Below are positions 40,701-51,887 of a stretch of DNA of 64,000 bases, piece by piece (positions within the stretch are counted from its first letter, which is position 1; each line of letters opens with the position of its first letter). The stretch covers positions 13,848,101 through 13,912,100 of the forward strand of contig NC_092677.1 of NCBI RefSeq assembly GCF_964355755.1, read 5' to 3'. This DNA comes from Antedon mediterranea. Lineage: Eukaryota; Animalia; Echinodermata. The notes beneath the pieces were generated by a model. That model was not told the DNA's origin. It saw only the letters and a list, made by a program, of their open reading frames with translations, and did no database searches. The position numbers and the translations under genes are program-made.

Positions 40701-42162
40701 CTACGACATTCACTAATAAAATCAATGTGATGTGATATGCCAAGTAGACCAACTGAATGCCATGTTGTGCCACATGTCAGTCTGCAAGATACAATGAAAG
40801 AGAAAAACAAATAATATTTCATATTTTGCAACACCTGCGCTTTATACACCACCTGTGCTAAGACCCACCTATGCTTTGTGCACCACCTGCGATTAGTGCA
40901 CCACCTGCGCTTTATACACCACCTGCGCTTGGTGCACCACCTTCGCTTTGTGCACCACCTGCGCTTTGTGCACCACCTGCGCTTAGTGCACCACCTGTGC
41001 TTTGTGCACCACCTGCGCTTAGTACAACACCTGCGCTTGGTGCACCACCTGCGCTTTGTGCACCACCTGCGCTTTGTGCACCACCTGCGCTTTGTGCACC
41101 ACCTGCGATTAGTACACCACCTGCGCTTTATACACCACCTGCGCTTGGTGCACCACCTTCGCTTTGTGCACCACCTGTGCTTTGTGCACCGCCAGCGTTT
41201 CTGCACCACCTGTGGTTGGTGTACCACATGCGCTTGGTGCACCACCTTCGCTTGGTGCACCGCATGCGCTTGGTGCACCGCCTTTGCTTTGTAAACCGCC
41301 TTTGCTTTGTAAACCACCTTTGACGTACACCACCTTCGCCTTGTGCACCACCTGTGCTTTAAACCCCACCTTTGCTTTGTAAACCACCTTTGCTTTGTAA
41401 ACCACCTTTGACGTACACCACCTTCGCCTTGTGCACCACCTGTGCTTTAAACCCCACCTTTGCTTTGTAAACCACCTTTGACGTACACCACCTTCGCCTT
41501 GTGCACCACCTGTGCTTTAAACCCCACCTTTGCTTTGTAAACCACCTTTGCTTTGTAAACCACCTTTGACGTACACCACCTTTGACGTACACCACCTTCG
41601 CCTTGTGCACCACCTGTGCTTTAAACCCCACCTTTGCTTTGTAAACCACCTTTGACGTAAACCACCTTTGCTTTGTAAACCACCTTTGCTTTGTAAACCA
41701 CTTTTGCTTTGTAAACCACCTTTGACGTACACCACCTGCGCCTTGTGCACCACCTGCGCTTTATACTCCACCAATTGCGCTATATACACCAAATATGCTA
41801 TACCCTGTGCTGTATACAGTACACACCTCCTGTGAATTACAAATGGTTGTGGTGATTTAATAGATAAACCTGAACCAAAATACATACTTTCCCTGTTCTA
41901 ACAGCAAGACATCTGTCCAGCCTGCTTTCGCCAAGTGATAAGACAATGAGATGCCGGCGATACCACCTCCACACACCACAACCCTGGCTTGAGGAGGAAT
42001 ACTAGAACTTGTGTCAGTAGTGGCAGACCTCACACCATCACTTCTCAATCGATTATGTATGTTAGATGTAGTTACAGGTAAATTAATTGCATCTACTCCT
42101 CTTCTGAACGCTGTCAATGGTGGCAGCCTCATTTTAGAAGCGAATACTGTCCAAAGGGGCAT
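31747..42162 (-). CDS. PDPR: Pyruvate dehydrogenase phosphatase regulatory subunit-like, paralog A (16 coding exons, ~885 aa)
   Basis: Exons (minus): 42162-41888, 40781-40648, 40360-40279, 39764-39601, 39335-39214, 38777-38663, 38484-38332, 37973-37849, 37175-36983, 36310-36161, 35796-35654, 35314-35166, 34654-34447, 33699-33610, 33215-33033, 32118-31747; total 2658 nt, in frame. FAD motif VVVCGGGIAG, NGPESFTPDG, GYYALRWLRIEKFF, and PDPR-like C-terminus DHDLDNDLWPWGDEPIYRDG. Confidence 0.9.
32213..32508. mobile_element. Kolobok-like MITE (TTAA|AGATGTATTGTCCC...GGGACAATACATCT|TTAA)
   Basis: TIRs with TTAA target duplication. Same termini at 49114-49640, and a related right end at 42631-42646. 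Confidence 0.7.
32520..32950. repeat. 59-bp tandem repeat, ~7 copies (PDPR-A last intron)
   Basis: aattgatattattataatcgtgagatattggatgtattacaatgcgtgtatgttgtataaagaatgaat repeated nearly identically. Confidence 0.9.
36330..36962. repeat. 24-bp minisatellite (ATCTTGAACACATGCAATAATCAT)n, intronic
   Basis: Direct tandem units. Accounts for spurious ORFs 36622-36926. Confidence 0.95.
37710..37822. mobile_element. MITE of the 16381 family
   Basis: aagctctgttactatcaaac...taccatatttgggcacatcac...tttgatagtgtagataga. Confidence 0.65.
40832..41790. repeat. 18-bp minisatellite (CACCACCTGCGCTTTGTG and variants) filling PDPR-A coding intron 1
   Basis: About 50 units in sub-blocks. Accounts for spurious low-complexity ORFs on both strands. 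Confidence 0.95.
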
Positions 42163-45100
42163 GATGTTGATTAGTGAAATGTTCTTTTTAAATTAGTTCC
42201 TGAGATAATATATCTAAAAAAATAAAAAATGTTTCAATCTGTATTAATTTCAATTATAGAATCTGAACGCAACAAATGTATTGCTTTTTGGTAGTAAAAT
42301 TTCACTTAAAGCACAATTGACTACATCAGGATGACATCACAAAGAAATTCGATTTATTCATTGATCCCACACGACACGAAAAGCCTACAAATACACACAA
42401 AAAAAACCATGAAAAATTAAGATCAATTAATACAGTTTATAAATCAAATCAATTTAAATTCAACAAAAAACACATTGGCTACTGGCAGCCAATTCAAATA
42501 TTTTTTTTGCTTTAAATTTACAGTTTTTTGAGATAAATAATTTGTTTTTTCGATTCCAAGTTTTGGTCAAAGTGGATTATGTGACATGAAAATGGCTTAA
42601 TTAAAAAAAAAATTTTAACTATTTTTTCAGGGGGACACATCTTTAATAGTTTGATTGTCGCCCTCTATAAATGGGCTGACCTGGATATAGAGAGAGGGAC
42701 ATGACACCTGAGCTTGCAGTTGCTCTAAGGCCTAGCCTAGATTAGATAGTTAGTAGTTCTAGTCTTTCTACACTACTTTGTTCGCCGGCGTACTTTGTTG
42801 GTGAAGTAATTATTTCATAGTTGTCTACCTAGGTACTAGCATCGGCTTAAAGGGATTGCATTAGTAAGTAAAGTAATATTATTACTACTCCTAGTCGTGC
42901 TAGCTATAGGCCTAGGCTATCATTAGTACTATTAGTATTAGTAATAGTAGGCTAGCTAGGGCCCAAGCTAAATAGCCTAGGCTAAAGGCCTAGAGTAGGC
43001 TAGATAGATTTTTTTGCAGCAATCTCCTTTTAGCTTCTTATATTAGCGATCCTGTTCGTTGGCTTGACGTGACCTTCTAACTAGCTAAACTACTATTACT
43101 AACTAGGCCTAGGCTAGGCCTACTCGTCGTACAACATTAACATTCTACCTTATTTGGGTTGAATTTATTCTCCCTATTTTCCAATCCACTGAAACGGATG
43201 CATTTTTGTTTACATTAGAATTAGTACTATCCCTTGATCGAGCGGTCAGTCTAATTACCGAAAACAACCGAAAACAACCGAAAACAACCATAAACAACTG
43301 AAAACAACCATAAACAACCAAAAACAACCGAAAACAAACCGAAAACAAAATAACAATATCTAAATACCGAAAACAAATTTGATGCAGCTACTATATTGAC
43401 CTCGCACGCCAAACAAATTTCTACAGTATATTTTTTTAATGTCGCCCTCTATTGATAGGTGTTTCTAAAGCCAACAAGACCGCGCGCGCAAAGCCAAGGA
43501 GATAGAGAGACCATACGAAATGGAAGTGTGCACAAAATTTAACTCGATATCGTACAAACTCAATGATAACACCGTACCATTTACTTACAGAATCTACAAT
43601 ATGTTAGATATTTAATATATATGTTACATGAATCTTACAGAGACAAGGAATTGTCTGTAGTCGTAAGACCCTTTGAAAAATAAAACATTATCATAAAGAA
43701 AAAAACATGAAATAAGGTTTTAAAGATACAAGTTGGAAAGTTAAAGTATTGCTACATATAATATAAAAGAAACTACATAATAGTAGCCTAACACTCACAC
43801 GCACCACGCATAATATATAAGCATTTTAATATATAAGCATTTTTAAGTACTGTAATTCGATATAATCACTTATAAAATATTTTTTAGTATTTTATAACAA
43901 TTTTAACAACTAGGGATGGTTCTCGAATACATAGTATAATTTCAGCGATTTCAAATGTACGTACCGCATGACAATAATACACCACTTCTACGACGTTTAT
44001 TTGTGTATATTGTGTTTATATGTAAAACAGTTTGTGAAAAACACCTCTATTCGGTGCAAATCGTAAATTCGCTTTAACACTAGGAATTATGTTACAGATT
44101 TTCAGTTGTGTTCTCATGTATTATTTAAAACATGAAAAATGTTATTTATTTACTACACTATGTTATTTAAATTTAGTTTGTTGTAGTTAAACAAACATGG
44201 CTAGATGTTGATAATACATCTGATATCTTGAATCGAGTTTGTACCTCGAAAACAAAATGAAATTTAGTACTTAAAAGATGTTACAGACTTGAGTTGTGTT
44301 CTCATGTTCTCTCAATATGATTAGGCCTAAGGTTAATAAAGATTTACAAGTTAATGTAAAATGTTTGTGTTTTCACTTCCTGTCATCATTTTTGTCAGAC
44401 TATTTTATATATATATATATATATTTCAACGGAGAAAAACATTCATTAACTCATTAATCAGGGGAAACAACATTACGTTTAATTGTTAAACAACTTAATC
44501 AAAATTAAGCTGTCGCTGCAAAAGGGCACTTAAAATGAATCCTCTCTAAAACGCACACTGCTGGAATTAAGAATTTAACTTATTTAATAAATGTTTTATT
44601 AACTTTATATATTTTTTTATTTTATTTTAACCTTGATTTTAATTTGTATTACAATACTTGTAAAGTCTAGTGGTGAATTGGGCATTACACCAGAAGGCTA
44701 GCTATACTCTTTCTTTTCAAAGTGATTTTTTAATGAAACAAGTACTTTGAACAAATTCATGCGTGAGCACATAGGCATCATTTTCTCTCTATTTGCATTC
44801 AAATAAATTACAGTTATTCGTTTAGTGAACAAATAAATTCAAGAATCAACATTAAAATAACGTCAAATGATATGAGGTTCCATTTTTCATGAATTTTACG
44901 CGCGAGAGTACCCATTTCCGGCCATCTAGCTAGGGGTGTCATGGGAGTAAATTAGCTTCGCCACAGGCCCCACCATGGTTCCAATACTTCTTATCATTTT
45001 ATCAGAACTAAACCCACCCACCCACAATGATTATCTCAGGCATTACAAATCTCTTAGTAGGCCTACTAGCTGTTATATGGCCACCGAATAACAAAGTTTA

Positions 45101-46342
45101 ATAAATAATAGACTATTGAATTAATTTTCAGTGGATTATTTGTGGGGTGGAGGTATAGGCCTACTATAAAACAAAAAAACACCTCTGACGTATTTAGCTT
45201 TGCTTTTTGCTTCTCAGTTTGAAATGAACATGTCATAGGGGAAAACTTTACCTTTGCCCCCCCCCCCCCCTCCCACCTCCCTATTTCAAAATCCTGGATC
45301 CGCCCCTGATATTGGTGCCGAATACTCGTCAGATCCTGACAACCAAACCAAGGCTCACGTGTAGTAACGCAGTGCTATCTACTTCAATATATCATTAATA
45401 TAGAGGGCGACGTAAAAAAAATTTGTTTTCGGTAATTAGATTTTTTCGCGCCGCGGCTCTAGCCAGCTATGTCCCAGGAGGACACATTCATTAATAAGCT
45501 GTTTCATAGCGGTAGCTTTAGTATCTAAGGCTGACAGTTTTGTGAATTTGGAAACTCGACTATAATTTATAGGTAGCTGCTGGACCCAAAAAACGTCTGG
45601 GAGAAGAGAGTCTATATGAAAGCCTTTGCTGATAATACAGTATTATTGAGATGTAGACGGAAATCTGTAAAATCTTGTTCAATAAATAATAACTTCGTTT
45701 TTGCTGTCAACCAGGCCGGTATTATAATAGGTCACTGTCAAATAATCATTCGATAATGGTCAAAACTTTATGTTGGCTCTGTCAACATAAAGGGAGATAT
45801 TTACAATGACTTTCTTTTGACTGTCAATCTAGGCCAATGTTATAATAATACGCCGTCAGATATTAAATCATTGAAACAGTCCTGGTAAATTTTTTTTTTG
45901 GTTATCAGATGCCGTGGGTGGGGGGGGGGGGGGGGTCCAATCAATTATCGTCAGAAGGTGAACAATCAGTCTAGGTAGCAGCAGCAGATTATTAGGAACG
46001 CCTGCTTCATTAATTAATCCAAAAAGGTTTGTACATTATCTATTTGTTTATTAGCCTTCTCCTAACACAATTATATTTTCTTTAAAAAAAGGTTTATAAG
46101 TGGTTTCAACATTTATGATAGTAATGTCACAGTTCTGTGTCTGGACGCAAGTTCATAGACCTACTAGTTATATTATTCATATTAACTGATATTTACTCTT
46201 CATTTACCGTAAAGTTCAGTTTTAATGAAATATATAATATAAATTGGCTTCGTACCAATTAATTAGTGTTGAAAAGGTTAGTTTTTTGGTGATAGGTGAA
46301 AATGACATGTAACTTCGTAATCAATTTATTTTTTTTGTATAA

Positions 46343-46703
46343 AGGCCCAATTACACTATGACGATAACGACGGACGATAAATATATAGCATGCATTTTTT
46401 TACATAAACCAAAAGAAATTAGAAAGGTTTTCGTTCTAGACCTATAGGATAATCATTTATGCTGTCTTTGATAAAAATAATGTTTTTCAAATTCCAATCA
46501 AATGACGTCATGATAAATAAAAACAATAAAATCGCTGTATTGTCACGATATTATTGGTCTTACTAATCATGACGTCATTTGATTGGACGTGTGAAAATAT
46601 AATTTTCATCAAAGGAATTGTTTATATTTCTTTTGGTTTATGTATTAAAAATGCACATTTGTCTATTTATCGTCAATCGTTATCGTCCTAGTGTATGGGC
46701 CTT
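46343..46703. mobile_element. Palindromic MITE (~360 bp)
   Basis: AGGCCCAATTACACTATGACGATAACGA... versus ...TCGTTATCGTCCTAGTGTATGGGCCTT, with inner arms ccaatcaaatgacgtcatga / tcatgacgtcatttgattgg. Confidence 0.75.
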
Positions 46704-46957
46704 ATGCTGTAAATGTTCAATTAATTGATCATTCCGATTTTATTAGTTGGACTCTTGCACAGTTGCTGTCTAATCGTTGTTGTGTAATATCATTTCGAAC
46801 CATATTAAAATCATAAAGAGATTCATATTCCTTAACATGTGGCTGTGCATGGAAGTCCGGTCTACAAAAACTCGGGCCCGGGATCATTGTTATTGGGCCT
46901 GAAAGTGTTGGTGAATTCATAATTATACTTATTATATTTATCTCAAATCATTAGGAC

Positions 46958-47945
46958 TAGAAATTTGGCTTATCAATCAAATAAATACTTTCGTTCAAAA
47001 TGAAACTCCAACCTCTCTAATAATCAAAAGATTGAACTCGAAAACGGACCGTTTTTTTGAATTGGGTATGTTGAAACATTTCAATATTCATTTAAAAAAG
47101 TACATTAATTATGGTATTGATCAGTGGCTATAGGCGTAAAAACCCTCGGTCAATATCATGTAAAATGCACTGTGGAAGGGTCATATTAAGACTGCAAAAT
47201 TGGGCTTATCAACAAATAAATACTTTCGTTCAAAATGTAGCCTAAAATCAAGGCTGAAAAATTGGGCTTATCAACAACAAAATATTTTATTATTAGACGC
47301 GATAACATCAAGGATAATCAGTATAATTATTAATATAGCCACTGTTACTAGTTTTATTCTACATGCTAAAGTAAATAAAAATCCACTAGAAAACAAACAA
47401 GTCTGAATGTTATGCTTATTAGCCATGTTATGTTTGTTACTGTAGGCCTATGATTGTTTGCAATGTCCACATATTATTTCCGTGGGCATATCCATAGTGT
47501 ATCACTCACAAAAAAGACGTGTGAGGTCCTTTCTTTAGATTTTGAAGAATGATTTGTGTTACAGGTTGACACATGAGTCAAATGCTCAAGATATCGGCTA
47601 ACGCCATGGGACCCTTGGCTTATCAATGAATAATAAATACAGTACTAGGCCTACTTTCGTTCAATTGAAATCGGAATCTGACTGTTTCATTAAATTGGGT
47701 GTGATTAGGCCTAAACATATAATAATTTATTAAAAAGGTACAATAAAAACAAATGCATCAGAGGCGTAAAGAACCCACGGTCAATATCATGTAAAATGTA
47801 TATGGTATAAGCACTTTGGAAGGGGTCATTGTTATTAAACTGGAAAATTCGGCTTATCAACAAATAAATAATTTCGTTTAAAATGTAAAATTAAGACTGG
47901 AAAATTGGGCTTATAAACAAATAAATACTTTTTTTCAAAATGTAA
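46958..47945 (+). repeat. Degenerate interspersed tandem repeat (GAAAATTGGGCTTATCAACAAATAAATACTTTCGTTCAAAATG)
   Basis: Motif recurs about 6 times inside the large transposon. Confidence 0.65.
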
Positions 47946-47971
47946 GAAAACATTTTTTAAATATAATCCTT

Positions 47972-48124
47972 AAGCTCTGTCTATACTATCAAACTAGATA
48001 TGATGTGCCCATATTATATAGACATGACGATGTCATATCACTACGATATTCGGGCATATCACTACCATATTTGGGCACATCACACTTTTTTTGTTAAACT
48101 AGTTGGGACAGTGTAGACACAGAA
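47972..48124. mobile_element. MITE of the 16381 family
   Basis: aagctctgtctatactatcaaac...taccatatttgggcacatcacac...agtgtagacac. Confidence 0.7.
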
Positions 48125-49113
48125 CTATGTGATCGAAACATAAGTCGGAATTGGACTGACGCGATTGATTTAATTGGGTATTTTTATTAATGTAATGATT
48201 CATTAAAAAATATAATACCGATACGCGTTTGGTATTGATCAATGGTGCAAAAAACCCTGAGAAATAATGTTATAACGCGATTTGGTGATTGCTTAGCAAT
48301 AATACAACCCATATACTATTATTATAAATACCTATTACAAATGCATTCATATAACTTTTCATCGCGAACCGAAAATGCATAAATGCTATTCTACAGACAG
48401 TAATTATATATTCAAAAGCCATATTATTATTATTATTATCAATACCTAAATGCGATAGTAATAACCACATAAACATACATTATTCCCAATACAAGTGTGT
48501 GCGTTTAATTCTAGAAAGAAACGACTGTGCTGACAGGCCAATGACATAAATCACAAGTAAAGTCCCAATTGTTCACTTGCGTTTTGATTGGCTGACCTAT
48601 TATATTAGATTAATGAAGACTGTTCTTGCAACTGTCCAGTCAAAAAGTTACGCGGCGTTTTTTGTAAGAAATATTTCTTGTTTAGTTTGTTTTCGGTTTG
48701 TTTCCGGTTTGTTTTCGGTTGTTTAGGGTTGTTTCCGGTTGTTTTCGGTTGTTTTCGGTTGTTTTCGGTTATTTTCGGTTGTTTTCGGTTGTTTTCGGTA
48801 ATTAGACTGACCCTGATCGAGGCCTCGGCTCGTCCGTCCACTTCACATGCATGCATTGCTACTACTGCTGCTTGACCTCTGAACTAAAAATAATGATGTC
48901 ATCAAGTAGATGACGTCAGTTTTTGACGACGTTCTGTATAAGTCTTATGACGTCATTTTAAAACCCAGGTGACAGGTGTATTATTAAATTGTTGTGATGT
49001 TCATCATAATCAATAATAGTCTTAAAAGTTTCCAAAATTCATTTCTTAGAAGAAAAACTATATATAATGTCGTAGTTTAATACAATTAAAAAAAATCAGA
49101 CCTTTTAACTAAT

Positions 49114-49640
49114 TTAAAGATGTATTGTCCCTTTGACTTTAATAAAAAAAAAAAAAAAAAAAAAAAGTGGGTCATTTTGAAGTATCGTAATAGTTATTAG
49201 TCGAAAAAAAAATCATTTAACTGAAATACAGACGTTTTTTTGTTCAAAAAATAACTTTGACTTCCAGTCAAAGTTTTCGATCAAAACATATCTCATAATG
49301 CAACGTGCTTGTTTGTCTACTCTGTATACATAATCATAAAACTTCTTCGTGATCTGTGTGAAAACACCTTCTCAACCGTGACGAGTTGTAAACAATTCTA
49401 ATTTGCATCATGCATAATGCATACTCGTGATTTGAAATCTTTGTTTACTTTCGCTCGCGATGATTTTCTAGAAGAAATGTAATCAAATTAATTTACCTGT
49501 TAATTACGTAAACTTGTTGTTTTTGGCTCGAATTTTCGCCTTAAAATGAATAAATTTAATATTACTTTGATATGGCCAATTTAAATTTAAAATATTTTGA
49601 CTTTCATTTTTTTGTGTTTCAAGGGACAATACATCTTTAA
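49114..49640. mobile_element. Kolobok-like MITE
   Basis: TTAA-AGATGTATTGTCCC ... GGGACAATACATCT-TTAA. Confidence 0.7.
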
Positions 49641-50946
49641 ATGCCATCAAATTAAAAACATTTATTTCCAAAATGGTGGTGTCACCAATGAAGCAAATGC
49701 TTGTGTCAGGGACGACAAAACAAAACATACAAAAGCAAACAATATATATATATATATATATATAAATCCAAAGGCAAACTAGATATGAACTCGTCACTTG
49801 AGGACGAGTTTGGTTATCCGCCGGCAACAAAACGTATCTTACCAAAGTCGGTTGCACTACACATCGAGCCAAATGAGCACCTGCTGAAGAAAATCCGAAG
49901 AAAGTTTACTCGTTCATTCGGTATGTCGTAAACCCCTCGATGCAAATAGATTATTACATACCAAACTAAATCATAATTTTTACTATGATGAAATCTTCAA
50001 AAATTTTTAACAGTGACATATTATGAAAGTGCATGCTTTTAAGTTTTATATATTAACATGTGAAGACAAAATATAAACGTTATGTTTATTGTTCTGCTCT
50101 TTGAAAATGTTTATGTTTGTTTGATGATAAAAATTTCAAAAATTATATTTAATATGCAAATAATGTAGCCTTCAAACACGTTTTAACATTCAACACTATA
50201 ATAAATCACACCTATGATTCATACACTGCAAGAAAATAAAATAAAAAATAGGCGTAACCTTGCATTCTGATGAACTGTATCATTTTTAAAAATAGACATA
50301 TTTTGCAACATTTTCACAATTTTTTAACGTTTTACGTGGGCAACCAGTCATGTTTAACGTGCTCGTAGAACACCATTTCAAGTTGAATAGTGAATAAAAT
50401 AACGTAAAATTGTTAACCGAAGTTTGAAAAACACAATTTATGTAAAAGAAATGCTCATACGTGTTCCCTGCGCCGTGCGTGCGTACAAATGTGCGCACCT
50501 GGTGGCAAGTTTTCAAATGCTTAAAATGACCTGAAACGTGTTCTAATTTAATCAGAAATTGATTTAGAGCATTTTAAAATTTCAAACGCCGTTTACGCGC
50601 ACACTTTCTAATGTTACAAAATTCGGTAGCAATAAAAAAGTTAACAATTGATGTGAAGCAAACGTGGCTGAAAGTTACGTTAAAAAATATTTATCTGTTT
50701 CGAAGTTATGATCAACTTAAGATTTTCAGAAAATCGCGCGTGACTTACGCTACGCGGATCTGACATCGTCAAAAAGCTTGGCTGCACATCTTCAGTTAAA
50801 TGTCTAAATGGTTACGAAGTTACAACATGTTATGTTAACACGTTGCAGAGAAAAGTTGAACACAAAAAGTGGCGGAAATATGGAAGAATAATAAAAAAAA
50901 GAAACACTACAATTCCAAGGGCTTATCCGCTTGAGGCGGATAACCA

Positions 50947-51089
50947 ATTACTGACAATGCTGTGGGTATCAGTGGCTGGATCTCAATGGAGATACAAAAA
51001 AAAAACGAAAAGCTAAATCAAAACGATAAAGTAAAACAGCCAGAAAAGTTAGCAGAGCTTTCGGGAAACACTAGCCCTTCATCAGTGCA
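50947..51089 (-). mobile_element. Hammerhead-bearing repeat, copy 3 (hammerhead 51052-51088, minus strand)
   Basis: Reverse complement of 2175-2320, with one stem II mismatch (GGGC/TCCC). Confidence 0.8.
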
Positions 51090-51559
51090 AATATATATAT
51101 AAATGACAGAAATGAAGATAATAAGACGTCAAGCGGTATACATTTCAATTGCAGTATAAATCATATTAATACATTTTCAATTGGTAGAGGAAAATATAGT
51201 AACAAAAACATGGCCGCTAAGTATCGTTTGATAATAAATAATATTTTGCAATCTTTTTGAAACTATTTATTTTGTGTCTTTTGGAATGAAAGAGGCAAAA
51301 CATTCCAAAGATTTGCACCAGACAGTATCTAATACTTTAGTGTAGTCCTGTGGTTTGGGAGATAAATATAAGAGAATGACCCGGGAGATGACCTATAGTG
51401 TTGTAATTATAGAAATTAACATTCAATTTAAACATATCGTAAAATCTAGGATAATTATGATGAATACAGTTATGAACAAAAATATATTGCTGATAAGTAT
51501 ATCTTTAGTGTCATTAGATTCCTTAAAAAGAGGACCCGTGATTAGCTGTAAAAGAAGAT

Positions 51560-51800
51560 TTTTATATTATACGTATTCTTTTTGGAGCAATGTTAATTTA
51601 GTAAGATTTGATTACAATATGAAAAATAAGGAAGAACAAGAGAATTATACAAGGTAGAAAGAATATTTACAGGAACGTTTAATTCTGTTGGTACACCTAT
51701 ACTTTTACATATTTTAGTCACCAATTCGGTGATATGGTATTTCCAAGTTAACTGCTCATCAATGAAAATTGATTGTATTTTTGAAAATGTTTTTTCTTTT
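51560..51800 (-). mobile_element. Degenerate CR1/L2 LINE reverse-transcriptase C-terminal fragment
   Basis: IDEQLTWKYHITELVTKICKSIG...ILSTLYNSLVLPYFSYCN resembles the post-RT region of non-LTR ORF2. Confidence 0.65.
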
Positions 51801-51887
51801 AAAATTGCCTTTTTGTGCTTATTTTTTTCAGGAAAAAAAATGTCAATATGAAAACCTTCTTGTATCGTACTATATAGTGCAATAGCC

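Larger units (their letters stand above)
43243..48813. mobile_element. ~5.6-kb non-autonomous foldback-type DNA transposon between the PDPR paralogs
   Basis: Inverted termini GGTCAGTCTAATTACCG+(AAAACAACCG)n at 43244-43350 and its reverse complement at ~48680-48812. Flanked by a direct 8-bp repeat TGATCGAG (43235-43242 and 48814-48821). No transposase ORF visible. Confidence 0.7.

Noticed and set aside
40640-41885. Multiple long low-complexity ORFs (HHLR/APPAL/WCTKRR repeats)
   Set aside because: They are translations of an 18-bp intronic minisatellite, open in several frames on both strands. Only 40648-40781 is a real exon.
43145-43348. Similar short ORFs at 43145-43348 and 48678-48875 (FGCFRLFSV repeats)
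   Set aside because: Translations of the 10-bp TIR arrays.
45305-45340. Possible hammerhead on the minus strand (CTGACGA-GTATT...AATAT)
   Set aside because: No GAAA or stem III follows.
46729-46920. 63-aa ORF inside the large transposon as a transposase or captured exon
   Set aside because: No recognisable motif and no supporting neighbouring exons.
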